From Bacillota bacterium (GTDB lineage: Bacteria > Bacillota > Dehalobacteriia > UBA4068 > UBA4997): a stretch of 64,000 bases of DNA. Both the position numbers and the translations under genes were made by a program. The notes under the pieces were generated by a model. It was not told where the DNA came from. It saw only the letters and a program-made list of their open reading frames with translations, and did not search any database. This document shows positions 1-9,346 of the stretch, in pieces; position 1 is the stretch's first letter, and each line of letters begins with the position of its first letter. The stretch spans positions 103,995-167,994 of the forward strand of contig JAVBWO010000012.1 in the NCBI GenBank assembly GCA_036677375.1, read 5' to 3'.

Positions 1-276
1 TTATTCCTCGTCATCTTCCCAAAGCATTTCGGAATAAGCCTTCTCCACCTTATCCCATTCCTCATCGGATTCAATGTCGGCAAAAACTTCTTCCCCGTTT
101 TCATCCAGGATGAGCTTCATAACAACAGCCTCTTCTTCTTCCACCAGCTCTTCGCCTACGGGAAGCATAATGACATAACGGTTGTCGTCCAATTCCATGA
201 TATCTATGATCTCAAATTCATGCTCGTTCCCTTCGTCGTCTATCAAAATCAGATTCTCTTCCGTGAACTCGCTCAT
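1..276 (-). CDS. DUF1292 family protein (YrzB-like)
   Basis: ORF 1..324 trimmed to the internal Met MSEFTEENLILIDDEGNEHEFE preceded by AAAGGAG RBS. Acidic ~90 aa DUF1292 signature. Syntenic with ruvX/ireB/alaS as in Bacillus yrzB. Confidence 0.7.
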   Translation of the reverse strand: MSEFTEENLILIDDEGNEHEFEIIDIMELDDNRYVIMLPVGEELVEEEEAVVMKLILDENGEEVFADIESDEEWDKVEKAYSEMLWEDDEE

Positions 277-337
277 ATTCTTTTCTCCTTTAATTTTTAT
301 TTTTACACTACCATTGTACGGCACTTATGCCAGGATG

Positions 338-763
338 TCAATGCTGAACCCGGCGGGCCGGACCATCTAAAAAAGCCTGCAAAATGAATACCGCCGCCAT
401 TTTATCTATGACCTGTTTTCTTTTTTTTCGGGAAAGGTCTCCTTCCAAGAGCACCCGGTTGGCACTGACGGTGGAGAGGCGCTCGTCCTGAAAATAAAGG
501 GGCATTCCCAAGCGTTCCTTCAAGATACCGGCAAATTCCATTGCTTTTTCCGCCATAGGACCTACAGTTCCGTTCATGTTCTTGGGTAATCCGGCTACAA
601 TGCTGCCAACCTCATATTCTTTTACAATGACCGCCAAAGCCGTCAGATCATCTTCCAGGCTTTTCCGGTGAATGGTCGTGACGCCTTGCGCGGTTAACCC
701 CAAAAGATCGCTGACGGCAACACCGATGGTCTTCGTGCCGATATCCAATCCCATATAACGCAT
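338..763 (-). CDS. ruvX: Holliday junction resolvase-like protein RuvX/YqgF
   Basis: N-terminus MGLDIGTKTIGVAVSD (YqgF/RNase H-like motif). Start trimmed to MRYMGLDIG with GGAGGT RBS. Conserved position upstream of ireB-alaS. Confidence 0.85.
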   Translation of the reverse strand: MRYMGLDIGTKTIGVAVSDLLGLTAQGVTTIHRKSLEDDLTALAVIVKEYEVGSIVAGLPKNMNGTVGPMAEKAMEFAGILKERLGMPLYFQDERLSTVSANRVLLEGDLSRKKRKQVIDKMAAVFILQAFLDGPARRVQH

Positions 764-910
764 AAAAAACCTCCTACTATTTTGCAGCACTATTTTAATA
801 TTTATTTATAATATCATATGTTTTTTTGTTATTTTGAAAACACTAAATATAACGGAAGGCGGCAGGCTCCGTTTTCCAAGAGTATGCCGCCTTTTATTGA
901 ATTGCATCGA

Positions 911-1177
911 TTATTTGATATCGGAAAGATATTTTACCACCAATTCCTCTATGAGATCGTCCCGCTCCACCCGCCGGATCAGGCTTCTGGCCTGCTTGTG
1001 GCTGGTAATATAGGCAGGATCTCCGGAAATAAGATAGCCCACCAGCTGGTTAATGGGATTGTAACCCTTTTCCTGTAGGGCATAGTAAACCGAGAGTAAA
1101 ACGTCCCTGGGGTTCAACTCTTCTTCTTTGCTCACTCTGAAATTCATGGTTTCTTCCAGATTTTCTTTACCGGTCAT
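911..1177 (-). CDS. UPF0297/IreB family protein (YrzL-like)
   Basis: Motif ...[28 protein letters not shown] typical of IreB/UPF0297. Start trimmed to MTGKEN with GGGGTGA RBS. Lies between ruvX and alaS as in Firmicutes. Confidence 0.8.
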   Translation of the reverse strand: MTGKENLEETMNFRVSKEEELNPRDVLLSVYYALQEKGYNPINQLVGYLISGDPAYITSHKQARSLIRRVERDDLIEELVVKYLSDIK

Positions 1178-1263
1178 TTTATCACCCCGTTTTGCCCGCG
1201 ATTTTAATATCAATATTTGGAAAACATATATGAAGTATTCTCTTTTCTGAAGCTAATTCCTGC

Positions 1264-3909
1264 CTATTGCGCCAATTGTTGCCAAATGACTTCTTTTGCC
1301 GCTTTCACGGCATCGCCGATCTTTGAGACATCTTTACCACCGGCCTGAGCCATTTCCGCCTTACCGCCGCCGCCGCCACCGCAAGCCGCCGCCGCCGCTT
1401 TGACGATATTGCCGGCATGCAGCCCCCGGCTTAAGACGTCTGGGCTCACCACAGCCACCAAATTGACCTTTTCACCGGAAGCGGCCAGCAAGACCAAAAC
1501 GCCGGAATGGAATTTCTCTTTCACCATATCCATGGTATTGCGCAGCGCCGCCATGTCGGCCGCCTGTACTTCCTGTACCAAAACAGGCACTCCGCACACC
1601 TCTTCGATACTGTCCAAAAGGGAGCTCATGCTTTTCTGTGTCAACTGGGCCCGAAGCTTTTCCACTTCCTTTTCCTTTTGACGCAATTCCTTTTGCAGGC
1701 TCGCCACTTTATCCGCGATCTCGGGTACCGGCGTTTTTAGTTCTTTGCCGATCTTAAAGAGCTGACCTGTTTTTTCCGTCATCCATTGATAAGAATGCAT
1801 GCCGGTAATGGCTTCGATTCGCCGCAGGCCTGAGCCAATCCCCGTCTCGCTGACCACCTTAATCAGGCCGATCTGCCCGGTTTCCTCACAGTGGGTACCG
1901 CCGCACAGTTCCACGCTGTTTCCCATGGTCACCACCCGGACAGTATCGCCGTATTTCTCACCAAAAAGCGCCATGGCGCCTTTTTCAATGGCATCCTCTT
2001 TTTTCATCTGCCGGATGCTGGTACTGTAATCATTTAAAACCATGGTATTAGCAATTTCTTCCACCTGGAGCAGTTCTTCCTCTGTCACCGGAGCCACATG
2101 GGAAAAGTCGAAACGCAGTTCCGCAGGCGTTACCAAAGAACCTGCCTGATGCACATGATTGCCTAAAACCTGCCGCAAGGCATGATGTAGCAGGTGGGTA
2201 GCGGAATGGTTCCGCTTGATATCCATACGGCGGTTCTCGTCTACCATCGCTTGCACAGCTTCCCCTACCTCTAAGATACCATCTTTACAAGTAAAATAAT
2301 GAAGGTAAATATTGTTAGGCAGCTTTTGTGTGTCCGTAACCTCCAAAACGCCATTAGGCCCGTTAATGATACCTGTATCGCCTACCTGGCCGCCGCTTTC
2401 GCCGTAAAAAGGCGTAGCGTCCAAAACGGCGATGCCGCTTTCACCCGCCATGACGCTTTCCACTATTTGGCCGTCGCATAATAGGGCCAAAAGATCAGCG
2501 CCGCATTGATTTTTTTCATAACCGAGGAATCTGGTGGCGGGAATGGCATGAAGCGCCGCCGTGATCTGCTGCATTTCCGCCACGTTATGGCCGGCTTTCC
2601 GGGCTTCCCTGGCCCGTTTGCGCTGTTCTTCCATAGCGGCGGCAAAACCCGCTTTATCCACCGTCATTTTCTTTTCTTCCGCAATATCCACCGTTAGATC
2701 CAGTGGGAATCCATAGGTATCGTACAGCAAAAAAGCCTCGTCGCCACTGAACTGGCTGCGGCCTTCTTTTTGAATTTTTTCAGCCATGTTCTCCAGCAAA
2801 GCCAGACCCGCGTTTAAAGTCTCATGGAAACGCTCTTCTTCAATGCGGATAACCCTTTCCACCAAATTGCTTTGTTTAGCAATCTCCGGATAGGCTTCGC
2901 CCATCAATTCCACTAAAAGGGGCACCATGGTATACAAGAAAGGCTTGTCCATCTCCAAAAGCTTGCCGAAGCGCACCGCCCGGCGCAGAATGTGGCGCAG
3001 CACGTAACCGCGGCCCTCATTACCCGGCATGACGCCGTCGGCAATCAAAAAGGAGCAGGAACGCACATGGTCGGCAATGACCCGGAAAGGCAATCCGTCC
3101 TCGCTCTTATTATATTTTTTACCGGTGATGGTTTCCACTTGGCCGATGAGCTTCCGGAATAGCGGAATCTCATAATTACTAGCCACCTGCTCCAGAACGG
3201 AAACGATCCGCTCCAGGCCCATCCCTGTATCAATACTGGGACGGGGCAACGGCGTCATGATACCCTGCGCGTCCCGGTTATATTGCATGAAGACCAGATT
3301 CCATATCTCCATCCAGCGGTCACAGTCGCAGACGCCCATGCCGCAGTCGGGCCGGTCACAGCTATACTCCGCGCCCCGGTCAAAGAAGATCTCACTGCAA
3401 GGCCCGCAGGGGCCGGTATCGCCCATGGACCAGAAATTATCTTTTTTGCCCATGCTGTAGATGCGGCTGTCGGGGAAGCCCGTCACTTCCCGCCAAATGG
3501 CGCGGGCCTCGTCATCCTCTTCATAAACGGTAATATAGAGCCTGTCTATGGGAAGCGATAGCTCCTTGGTCAGAAATTCCCAGGCATAGCCGATGGCTTC
3601 CCGCTTGAAATAATCGCCGAAAGAGAAATTGCCCAGCATTTCAAAAAAAGTATGATGTCTCGCGGTACGGCCCACCGCGTCCAAATCGTTATGTTTGCCG
3701 CCGGCGCGGACGCATTTCTGCACCGTCACAGCCCTTTTATAAGGGCTTTGCTGCAAACCCAGAAAAATATCTTTAAACTGCACCATCCCGGCATTGGTAA
3801 AAAGCAAGGTGGGATCGTTATGAGGCACCAAAGAGGAACTGGGAACCACGGTATGACCGTGGGAAGCAAAATAATGTACAAATTGATCTCGCAACTGCTG
3901 CTCGTTCAT
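1264..3909 (-). CDS. alaS: alanine--tRNA ligase
   Basis: 881 aa. Class II aaRS motifs, the editing domain HxxxH/CGGTH motif (ELCGGTHCEETGQIG) and a C-terminal DHHA1-like Gly-rich tail. Confidence 0.95.
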   Translation of the reverse strand: MNEQQLRDQFVHYFASHGHTVVPSSSLVPHNDPTLLFTNAGMVQFKDIFLGLQQSPYKRAVTVQKCVRAGGKHNDLDAVGRTARHHTFFEMLGNFSFGDYFKREAIGYAWEFLTKELSLPIDRLYITVYEEDDEARAIWREVTGFPDSRIYSMGKKDNFWSMGDTGPCGPCSEIFFDRGAEYSCDRPDCGMGVCDCDRWMEIWNLVFMQYNRDAQGIMTPLPRPSIDTGMGLERIVSVLEQVASNYEIPLFRKLIGQVETITGKKYNKSEDGLPFRVIADHVRSCSFLIADGVMPGNEGRGYVLRHILRRAVRFGKLLEMDKPFLYTMVPLLVELMGEAYPEIAKQSNLVERVIRIEEERFHETLNAGLALLENMAEKIQKEGRSQFSGDEAFLLYDTYGFPLDLTVDIAEEKKMTVDKAGFAAAMEEQRKRAREARKAGHNVAEMQQITAALHAIPATRFLGYEKNQCGADLLALLCDGQIVESVMAGESGIAVLDATPFYGESGGQVGDTGIINGPNGVLEVTDTQKLPNNIYLHYFTCKDGILEVGEAVQAMVDENRRMDIKRNHSATHLLHHALRQVLGNHVHQAGSLVTPAELRFDFSHVAPVTEEELLQVEEIANTMVLNDYSTSIRQMKKEDAIEKGAMALFGEKYGDTVRVVTMGNSVELCGGTHCEETGQIGLIKVVSETGIGSGLRRIEAITGMHSYQWMTEKTGQLFKIGKELKTPVPEIADKVASLQKELRQKEKEVEKLRAQLTQKSMSSLLDSIEEVCGVPVLVQEVQAADMAALRNTMDMVKEKFHSGVLVLLAASGEKVNLVAVVSPDVLSRGLHAGNIVKAAAAACGGGGGGKAEMAQAGGKDVSKIGDAVKAAKEVIWQQLAQ

Positions 3910-3967
3910 TCTATTCTTCTCTCCCTATTGTTTAATGGACTATTTTATATTGTAACACAAGTGAATT

Positions 3968-5035
3968 TCAATAAACAATATGATTTTCCTGATTTTCCCC
4001 TTTTGTTCCTGCCACACGCCGGTATCCCCATACCAAGACCAAGCGTAAAATGGCAAAGATGGGCACTCCCAGGATCAGGCCGGCAAAACCCAGCCAATAG
4101 CCGCCTACCAGCACTGCCAGAATCACCACCAAAGGATGCAATCCCACGCTATGCCCCATAATCTTGGGCGTAAAAATACAGCTTTCCAACTGCTGCACCA
4201 CAAAAAAAGCAATCAAAACCTTAACAAACATGCCCCAACCCTGCAATGCGCCTAAAAATAGCACCGGTAACACAGCCAAAAAAGGACCGAAATAAGGAAT
4301 CAATTCGCCAAACGCCATCAATAAACCGAAAACCAGCGCATAGTCCATGCCGACAATCAAAAGTGCAATAAAAAAGAAAAATCCCACCAGAAAAGCCACC
4401 ACACAATATCCCCGGATGAATTGCCGCAGCATATGATGAATATCCGTCCATAGCTCATCCATGGCTTCTCGGATCTTAGGGTTTAAAAGAGCTTGTAAAC
4501 GGCGGTTGATTAATTCCTTATCCCGTAAAAAGTAAAAGGCGGTGACAGGAATCAAAGCAAATGACACGATATTTCCCACCATGGTCGGCAATAACCCCAG
4601 GGTACGTCCAATGAGCGAGGCTACCTTTTCTTCCGCGCCGCCGATGGCTTTCAATACAGCAGCTTTGAAACTTTCCGGTAATTGCAATTGATCATAAAAA
4701 CCGTCAAAATGAACCAGCCACTGGGTCAGCTTTTCCATATAGACGGGCAGATATTCCGCCAAACGCCGCAGTTCTTGAAAAAATTGCGGCAAAATCAAAT
4801 AGAAAAGCAATGCCAAAATACCAGTCAAAAGCAGATAAACCAAAAGGATGGCCCAAGACCGGGATATCTTTTTGGCAAAGATCTCCGTAAGAGGAACAAT
4901 CAGATAGGCAAAAATTAATCCACCGAAAAAAGGCAAAAAGGCATGATGGAAAATAAAGAGAAGAGCTATTATTAACAGGATGCTGAAAATTGTATTCTTT
5001 AAAGTCTTGGACATAAGGCTCCTTCTTTCTGTCAT
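3968..5035 (-). CDS. AI-2E family transporter (PerM/UPF0118 permease)
   Basis: 355 aa polytopic membrane protein with the typical AI-2E/UPF0118 hydrophobic pattern and length. Confidence 0.75.
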   Translation of the reverse strand: MTERRSLMSKTLKNTIFSILLIIALLFIFHHAFLPFFGGLIFAYLIVPLTEIFAKKISRSWAILLVYLLLTGILALLFYLILPQFFQELRRLAEYLPVYMEKLTQWLVHFDGFYDQLQLPESFKAAVLKAIGGAEEKVASLIGRTLGLLPTMVGNIVSFALIPVTAFYFLRDKELINRRLQALLNPKIREAMDELWTDIHHMLRQFIRGYCVVAFLVGFFFFIALLIVGMDYALVFGLLMAFGELIPYFGPFLAVLPVLFLGALQGWGMFVKVLIAFFVVQQLESCIFTPKIMGHSVGLHPLVVILAVLVGGYWLGFAGLILGVPIFAILRLVLVWGYRRVAGTKGENQENHIVY

Positions 5036-5184
5036 ATGTATATCCTGATAATTATCTTTCGTATCCTTATCATGTCCTATACGCTTTACAACTTATCCCT
5101 ATGATTTATTTGAATCAACCATTCGGTTCTGTTTCGTCAATTCCATTGCCTCCGTCTCCGCCCCGGGAAATATATTACAATATG

Positions 5185-5212
5185 TAAAAGACCCCGTATG
5201 GGGTCTTTTACG
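5185..5212 (-). terminator. intrinsic terminator (hairpin AAGACCCC-gtat-GGGGTCTT plus T-run on minus strand)
   Basis: Perfect 8-bp GC-rich stem with a 4-nt loop, followed by TTTTAC on the minus strand. Downstream of the small gene at 5339..5539. Confidence 0.7.
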
Positions 5213-5338
5213 TCCGTTTGAAACAATAGATCAGATTTCTGTTTAAGAGAGTCCTACCGCTCCGGGCGCTGACGTAATGGGGTTTACACTTTGCTGCGTT
5301 AAGCACTCCTCTTCTTCACGGGAGCCAGGATATCTACT

Positions 5339-5539
5339 TCAGCGGCCCATCCGATTGATTGCTTGGCCGGCTTTTATTAAGGCGTCACCCGTTTTTTCGG
5401 TAAAATGACTCAATTCTTGGGCAAATTCCCACTTCTGTGAGCCACCCATAGATCCTGTGGCTGCTCTCTTCTTCATCATACTCATAGCAAGACCCATGCC
5501 GCCTAAGATCATAAGCCCGGTCATCCGTTTCATTCTCAT
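5339..5539 (-). CDS. small membrane-anchored hypothetical protein (about 66 aa)
   Basis: Start MRMKRMTGLMILGG 7 nt after a GGAGGTGG RBS. N-terminal hydrophobic helix, then a charged tail. The longer track ORF (5339..5644) lacks an RBS. Confidence 0.5.
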   Translation of the reverse strand: MRMKRMTGLMILGGMGLAMSMMKKRAATGSMGGSQKWEFAQELSHFTEKTGDALIKAGQAINRMGR

Positions 5540-5624
5540 TGATACCACCTCCGAACATATTGTGTCACAAAAAAGCCGTAGTAATACTGAAAAGGTGTTC
5601 CTATATCTTCCTGTCGGATCCGAT

Positions 5625-6218
5625 TTAATTGCCGTTTTTCCCAATTTGATTCATTTCCGCCAAAGCGACCGGCGCAATCTGCGCCCACGGAATCAAAATC
5701 CAGCCACAGTCCATATCCTGCCAAATGCCGCCGGACATGGCAATGCCGGAAATGGCATAAAAAGCGCCGCCTAATGAGAGAAAATCCGGACTTTCTTTTA
5801 CCGCTTTTTCAATGGCAATATCCGCCACCGTACCGCACAAAATATTGTTTTCCCGCCACAACCGCCGTCCAATCCAATGCGCCGCCAGAAATTTTTCCCG
5901 ACGCTTACCTAAAGGATGAAGCGGTTTCGTAAATTCTGTTATGATATGATTTTCCGATATTTCCGTCACATTTTCCCATGGCAAAAATTTAATATTTTTC
6001 CAAACACCGGCGGCTTCAATAGCAAGACCGAGGCATTCGCCCTTAGTAAGGTCCAAAAGGATATCCTTTACTCTTGCCAACTCTTTTTCATGATTTTTTT
6101 TAAAAACAGGCAGATCCAAGATCTCCCGGCGAAAATACGTGGTTTTGGCTTTCACCTTTGTCACCTCTTGTTTAGTATGGCGGAATTCTTGGATTTCAAA
6201 CGAAAAATACCCACTCAA
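5625..6218 (-). CDS. tandem PRC-barrel-like domain protein (hypothetical, possibly sporulation-associated)
   Basis: 197 aa. Two repeats with a YlmC/YmxH-like PRC-barrel pattern (DILLDLTKGECLGLAIE... and NILCGTVADIAIEKAV...). No confident family assignment. Confidence 0.4.
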   Translation of the reverse strand: MSGYFSFEIQEFRHTKQEVTKVKAKTTYFRREILDLPVFKKNHEKELARVKDILLDLTKGECLGLAIEAAGVWKNIKFLPWENVTEISENHIITEFTKPLHPLGKRREKFLAAHWIGRRLWRENNILCGTVADIAIEKAVKESPDFLSLGGAFYAISGIAMSGGIWQDMDCGWILIPWAQIAPVALAEMNQIGKNGN

Positions 6219-6258
6219 AGAGCAGGTATTTTTTTGTTTTAATTTTAATTTTTGTAAC

Positions 6259-7347
6259 TTAATCCCACTGAGGATAACCTGTCACAAGCCAATCTTTCCC
6301 TATTTTTTGAAAATTAATGTGAGCCAGTTCTACGGCATCCTGCAATGTTGCAATACCCTGTCCGCCCAAAAGGCTCTGGGCATCATTGCCGCCAATCAGC
6401 ATAGGCCCAAAATAAAGATATAATTTATCAATTAATTTTTGATCAAAAAAAGCACCGTTCAATTGAGCGCCCGCTTCCAAAACGACGGAAACCACGCCCT
6501 TTTGATAAATATCGTACAAAAGCGCCTTAAAATCAATCCTGCCGTTGACCTCAGGACAGCAAAGCACTTTCACACCTCTTTTTTCCAGTTTTGATCTTTT
6601 GAAAGAATCGCAATGAAACGTATAAATCCAGGTTTCCGTCTGCTCCACATCACAGACATAGTTGGCCGGGTCAATCTTCAGGTGGCTGTCCAAAATGATG
6701 CGCTTGGGTTTTACACAATCCACCGCCAGACATTCCGTCGTCATTTGCGGATGATAGGCCATGATGGTGCCGATTCCCGTCAACACCGCGCCGTAACGCC
6801 AGCGCAGCTGCTGTCCATGCTTTCTTGATTCCTCTCCGGTGATCCATTGGGAAATGCCCTGATAGGTTGCGATTTTGCCGTCCACAGAGGCCGTCACTTT
6901 CAGCGCCACAAAAGGGCGCTTCTTTTCCTGGTTAACCCAGAACACCTCGTTTAACATCTTGACTTCTTCAGCTAATAAGCCCACTTCCACTTCCACACCT
7001 GCCTCGCGCAGGCGCTTGAATCCCTTGCCTTTGGCATTGGGATCGGGCGTCTCCACCGCGGCCACCACCTTGGTAATACCGGCCTGGATCAACGCTTCCG
7101 TACAGGGCGGAGTCTTCCCGAAATTACAGCAGGGCTCTAAAGTGACATAAAGCGTGGCTCCCGCCGCATAATTCCCCGCCATATTCAAAGCGTGGATCTC
7201 GGCATGGGGCGTCCCCGCTTTTTGGTGCCAGCCTTCCCCAACGATGTGCCCGTTTTTCACAATGACCGCACCCACCATGGGATTGGGCGCAGTAAAACCT
7301 GCTCCCTGGGCAGCCAGCTCCAAAGCCCGCCGCATAAAGATTTCCAT
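6259..7347 (-). CDS. ribD: bifunctional riboflavin biosynthesis protein RibD (pyrimidine deaminase / reductase)
   Basis: CMP/dCMP deaminase zinc motif HAE...PCxxC at the N-terminus and a RibD_C reductase domain at the C-terminus. Start set at ATG(MEIFMRRALELA) 6 nt after GGGAGGTG; the track start was the GTG 6 nt upstream. Confidence 0.9.
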   Translation of the reverse strand: MEIFMRRALELAAQGAGFTAPNPMVGAVIVKNGHIVGEGWHQKAGTPHAEIHALNMAGNYAAGATLYVTLEPCCNFGKTPPCTEALIQAGITKVVAAVETPDPNAKGKGFKRLREAGVEVEVGLLAEEVKMLNEVFWVNQEKKRPFVALKVTASVDGKIATYQGISQWITGEESRKHGQQLRWRYGAVLTGIGTIMAYHPQMTTECLAVDCVKPKRIILDSHLKIDPANYVCDVEQTETWIYTFHCDSFKRSKLEKRGVKVLCCPEVNGRIDFKALLYDIYQKGVVSVVLEAGAQLNGAFFDQKLIDKLYLYFGPMLIGGNDAQSLLGGQGIATLQDAVELAHINFQKIGKDWLVTGYPQWD

Positions 7348-7374
7348 TCCCACACCTCCCCGTCTTACAATTTT

Positions 7375-7608
7375 TTAAAAAAGAAAAAGCCCCCGCAACA
7401 TACGGAGACTTGAAAAGCGGTTGCGCTTACCTCTCTTGTTGAGCATCCGGGCTGTTTCTGTCAGTTTGAAATGCGCTAAGCATCTCATCAAGACAGACTA
7501 AAACATCACGGATATTTCATGGCAAAAGATCCGGTCCCCTAACAACGCTACATGGAAGAAACAGAGAAACAGCTATGATTTTCGGTTTTTTACTTTCAGT
7601 TTAAAATG
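7375..7608 (-). promoter_or_regulatory. riboswitch-like 5' leader with intrinsic terminator upstream of ribD (partial FMN/RFN-like motifs)
   Basis: Promoter, then a ~200-nt leader, then a CGCAAC...GTTGCG hairpin plus T-run, then RBS and ATG. Contains a P1-like UGUU/AACA pairing flanking GGGG and ...GACAGAAACAGCCCGGAUG (compare the FMN element GACAGU..AGUCUGGAUGG). Only one GGUGAAAUUCC-like copy (CCAUGAAAUAUCC). Confidence 0.4.
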
Positions 7609-7615
7609 TGTGAAA

Positions 7616-7644
7616 ATTATAGCATAAGGTTTTCCATTTTACAA
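7616..7644 (-). promoter_or_regulatory. sigma70-type promoter for the ribD leader (TTGTAA-17-TATAAT)
   Basis: Minus-strand TTGTAAaatggaaaaccttatgcTATAAT with a 17-nt spacer. Confidence 0.5.
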
Positions 7645-7749
7645 GGGGAGTCTCGGACTCCTTTGCCTCTACAAGGGAATTGCCAACCATTTTTCATATG
7701 TTTTTCAAAAAAATGCCGAGCCGATTGCTTTGCGCCATCCAATACCGAT

Positions 7750-8448
7750 TTACTTTAACGCTTGCCGCTCCCTCTGCCAAAGCCTTTGATTGGCCTCTTC
7801 CGCCGCCTGCCGCATCTCGGCCACGGCTTGCGCAATATCCGCCGCGCCGAAAATAGCCGTACCGGAAACCAAAACGTTGGCGCCGGCTTCCACCACTTCT
7901 CCGGCATTCTCCAGACAAATTCCTCCGTCTACTTCGATATCGACGGTCAATTCCTGTTCCAGAATGCTTTGACGCAGCCGGGTGATTTTTTTCAGTGTGG
8001 CCGGCAGAAAGGACTGACCGCCAAAACCCGGGTTGACGCTCATGAGAAGCACCATATCCACCTCGGGTAAAATTTCTTCAATGGCGGAAAGAGGCGTGGC
8101 GGGATTTAAGGCCACCGCCGCCGCTACGCCTAAGGATTTGATATGCTGCAGGCTACGGTGCAAATGAATGCAGGCTTCCGCATGCACGCAAAGGAGATCG
8201 GAACCCGCTTTCACAAAATCCTCCATATAACGGTCGGGATCGGCCACCATGAGATGGGTATCGAAAAACAAATTGCTTTCTTTGCGCAAGGCTTTGACAA
8301 GAGCGGGGCCGTAAGAAATATTCGGTACAAAGCAGCCGTCCATAATGTCCAGATGCAGATATTCGGCGCCTGCCGCTTCCGCCAGAGCCACTTGCCGCCG
8401 CAAATCTCCCATGTCCGCCGCCAAAAGGGACGGGGCAATCTTAATCAT
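7750..8448 (-). CDS. rpe: ribulose-phosphate 3-epimerase
   Basis: MIKIAPSLLAADMGDL... HLDIMDGCFVPNISYGP motifs. Conserved after rsgA. Confidence 0.9.
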   Translation of the reverse strand: MIKIAPSLLAADMGDLRRQVALAEAAGAEYLHLDIMDGCFVPNISYGPALVKALRKESNLFFDTHLMVADPDRYMEDFVKAGSDLLCVHAEACIHLHRSLQHIKSLGVAAAVALNPATPLSAIEEILPEVDMVLLMSVNPGFGGQSFLPATLKKITRLRQSILEQELTVDIEVDGGICLENAGEVVEAGANVLVSGTAIFGAADIAQAVAEMRQAAEEANQRLWQRERQALK

Positions 8449-9346
8449 AATATCTCTCCTCCCGCTTTTGCAATTCTTCCAACAGATCCAGATAGCGCCG
8501 ATAACGCTCCGGATGCACCTCGCCTTTTTCCGCCAATTCCCGGATGGTGCAGCCGGGTTCTTTATGATGCAAACAACCGTCGAAACGGCAGGGTTGGGCT
8601 TGCCGCATTTCAGGATAAGCTGCCGCCAAATCTTCCGGATGCATTTCCTTAGGCAGATCCAGCAGAGAAAACCCCGGCGTATCCGCTACCCAGCCGCTGC
8701 AGGACAAGGGAAAAAGCTCCACCAAACGAGTAGTATGCTTTCCTCTGCCCAGCTTGGCGCTGATATCTCCCGTTTCCAGGGTGAACCCAGGCTCCACCAT
8801 GTTGAGGAGACTGGATTTCCCAACCCCCGAAGGGCCTGCCACAATGCTGACGCGTCCGGCAAGCCGGTTTTGCAACTCTTCTTTGCCCCGACCCAATAGG
8901 GCGGAGGTCAAAAGTACATCAAAGCCTGCTTTTTGATAAATTGCAGCGCCAAGGTTCAATTCCGCCGTGGCAATATCCCATTTGTTCAGGCAGATACACG
9001 GCTTGATATTTGCCTGGTGGCAATGAACCAAAAGCCGGTCCAATAACAGCCAATCCGGCTGTGGCGATGCCGCCGCCAAGATCAAAAAAGCCTGGTCAAT
9101 ATTAGCAACCTTAGGCCGGATCAACTGGTTTCGTCTGGGCAGGATCTCCTCCACCACGCCTTCCGCCTCATTGAGCGGCACAAAGCGCACCTGGTCTCCC
9201 ACAACAACGCCGCCTTCCCGCCGCCGCAGCTTGCCCCGCAAACGACAGGTATAGTGCTGTTCCTGAGCGGTGACAAAATAGAATCCGCCCATTCCTTTTA
9301 TAATGACGCCTTGTTTTTTTTCTAAGGGCATAAGCTCCTTCATCAC
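8441..9346 (-). CDS. rsgA: ribosome small subunit-dependent GTPase A
   Basis: Circularly permuted GTPase with NKWD, then GPSGVGKSSLLN, and a C-terminal zinc finger CxxC..H..EPGC. Confidence 0.9.
   Translation of the reverse strand: MMKELMPLEKKQGVIIKGMGGFYFVTAQEQHYTCRLRGKLRRREGGVVVGDQVRFVPLNEAEGVVEEILPRRNQLIRPKVANIDQAFLILAAASPQPDWLLLDRLLVHCHQANIKPCICLNKWDIATAELNLGAAIYQKAGFDVLLTSALLGRGKEELQNRLAGRVSIVAGPSGVGKSSLLNMVEPGFTLETGDISAKLGRGKHTTRLVELFPLSCSGWVADTPGFSLLDLPKEMHPEDLAAAYPEMRQAQPCRFDGCLHHKEPGCTIRELAEKGEVHPERYRRYLDLLEELQKREERYYD

Noticed and set aside
3910-3967. Expected T-box leader upstream of alaS
   Set aside because: Only 58 bp separate the alaS start from the stop of the upstream AI-2E gene, with no room for a ~250-nt T-box. 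alaS is probably co-transcribed or regulated differently here.
5213-5338. Possible tRNA or SRP RNA in the GC-rich non-coding segment
   Set aside because: No acceptor-stem/CCA arrangement, T-loop (GTTCRANYC) or SRP domain IV motif could be found on either strand. Kept only as an unclassified structured 3' region.
8345-8899. 184-aa plus-strand ORF and other long antisense ORFs (e.g. 11435..12043, 17134..17808, 29945..30751, 34754..36046, 57300..58175)
   Set aside because: Each is fully embedded antisense within a well-supported conserved gene (rsgA/rpe, stp, priA, ilvB, xdhC, pilT). They are GC-rich frame artefacts without RBS.
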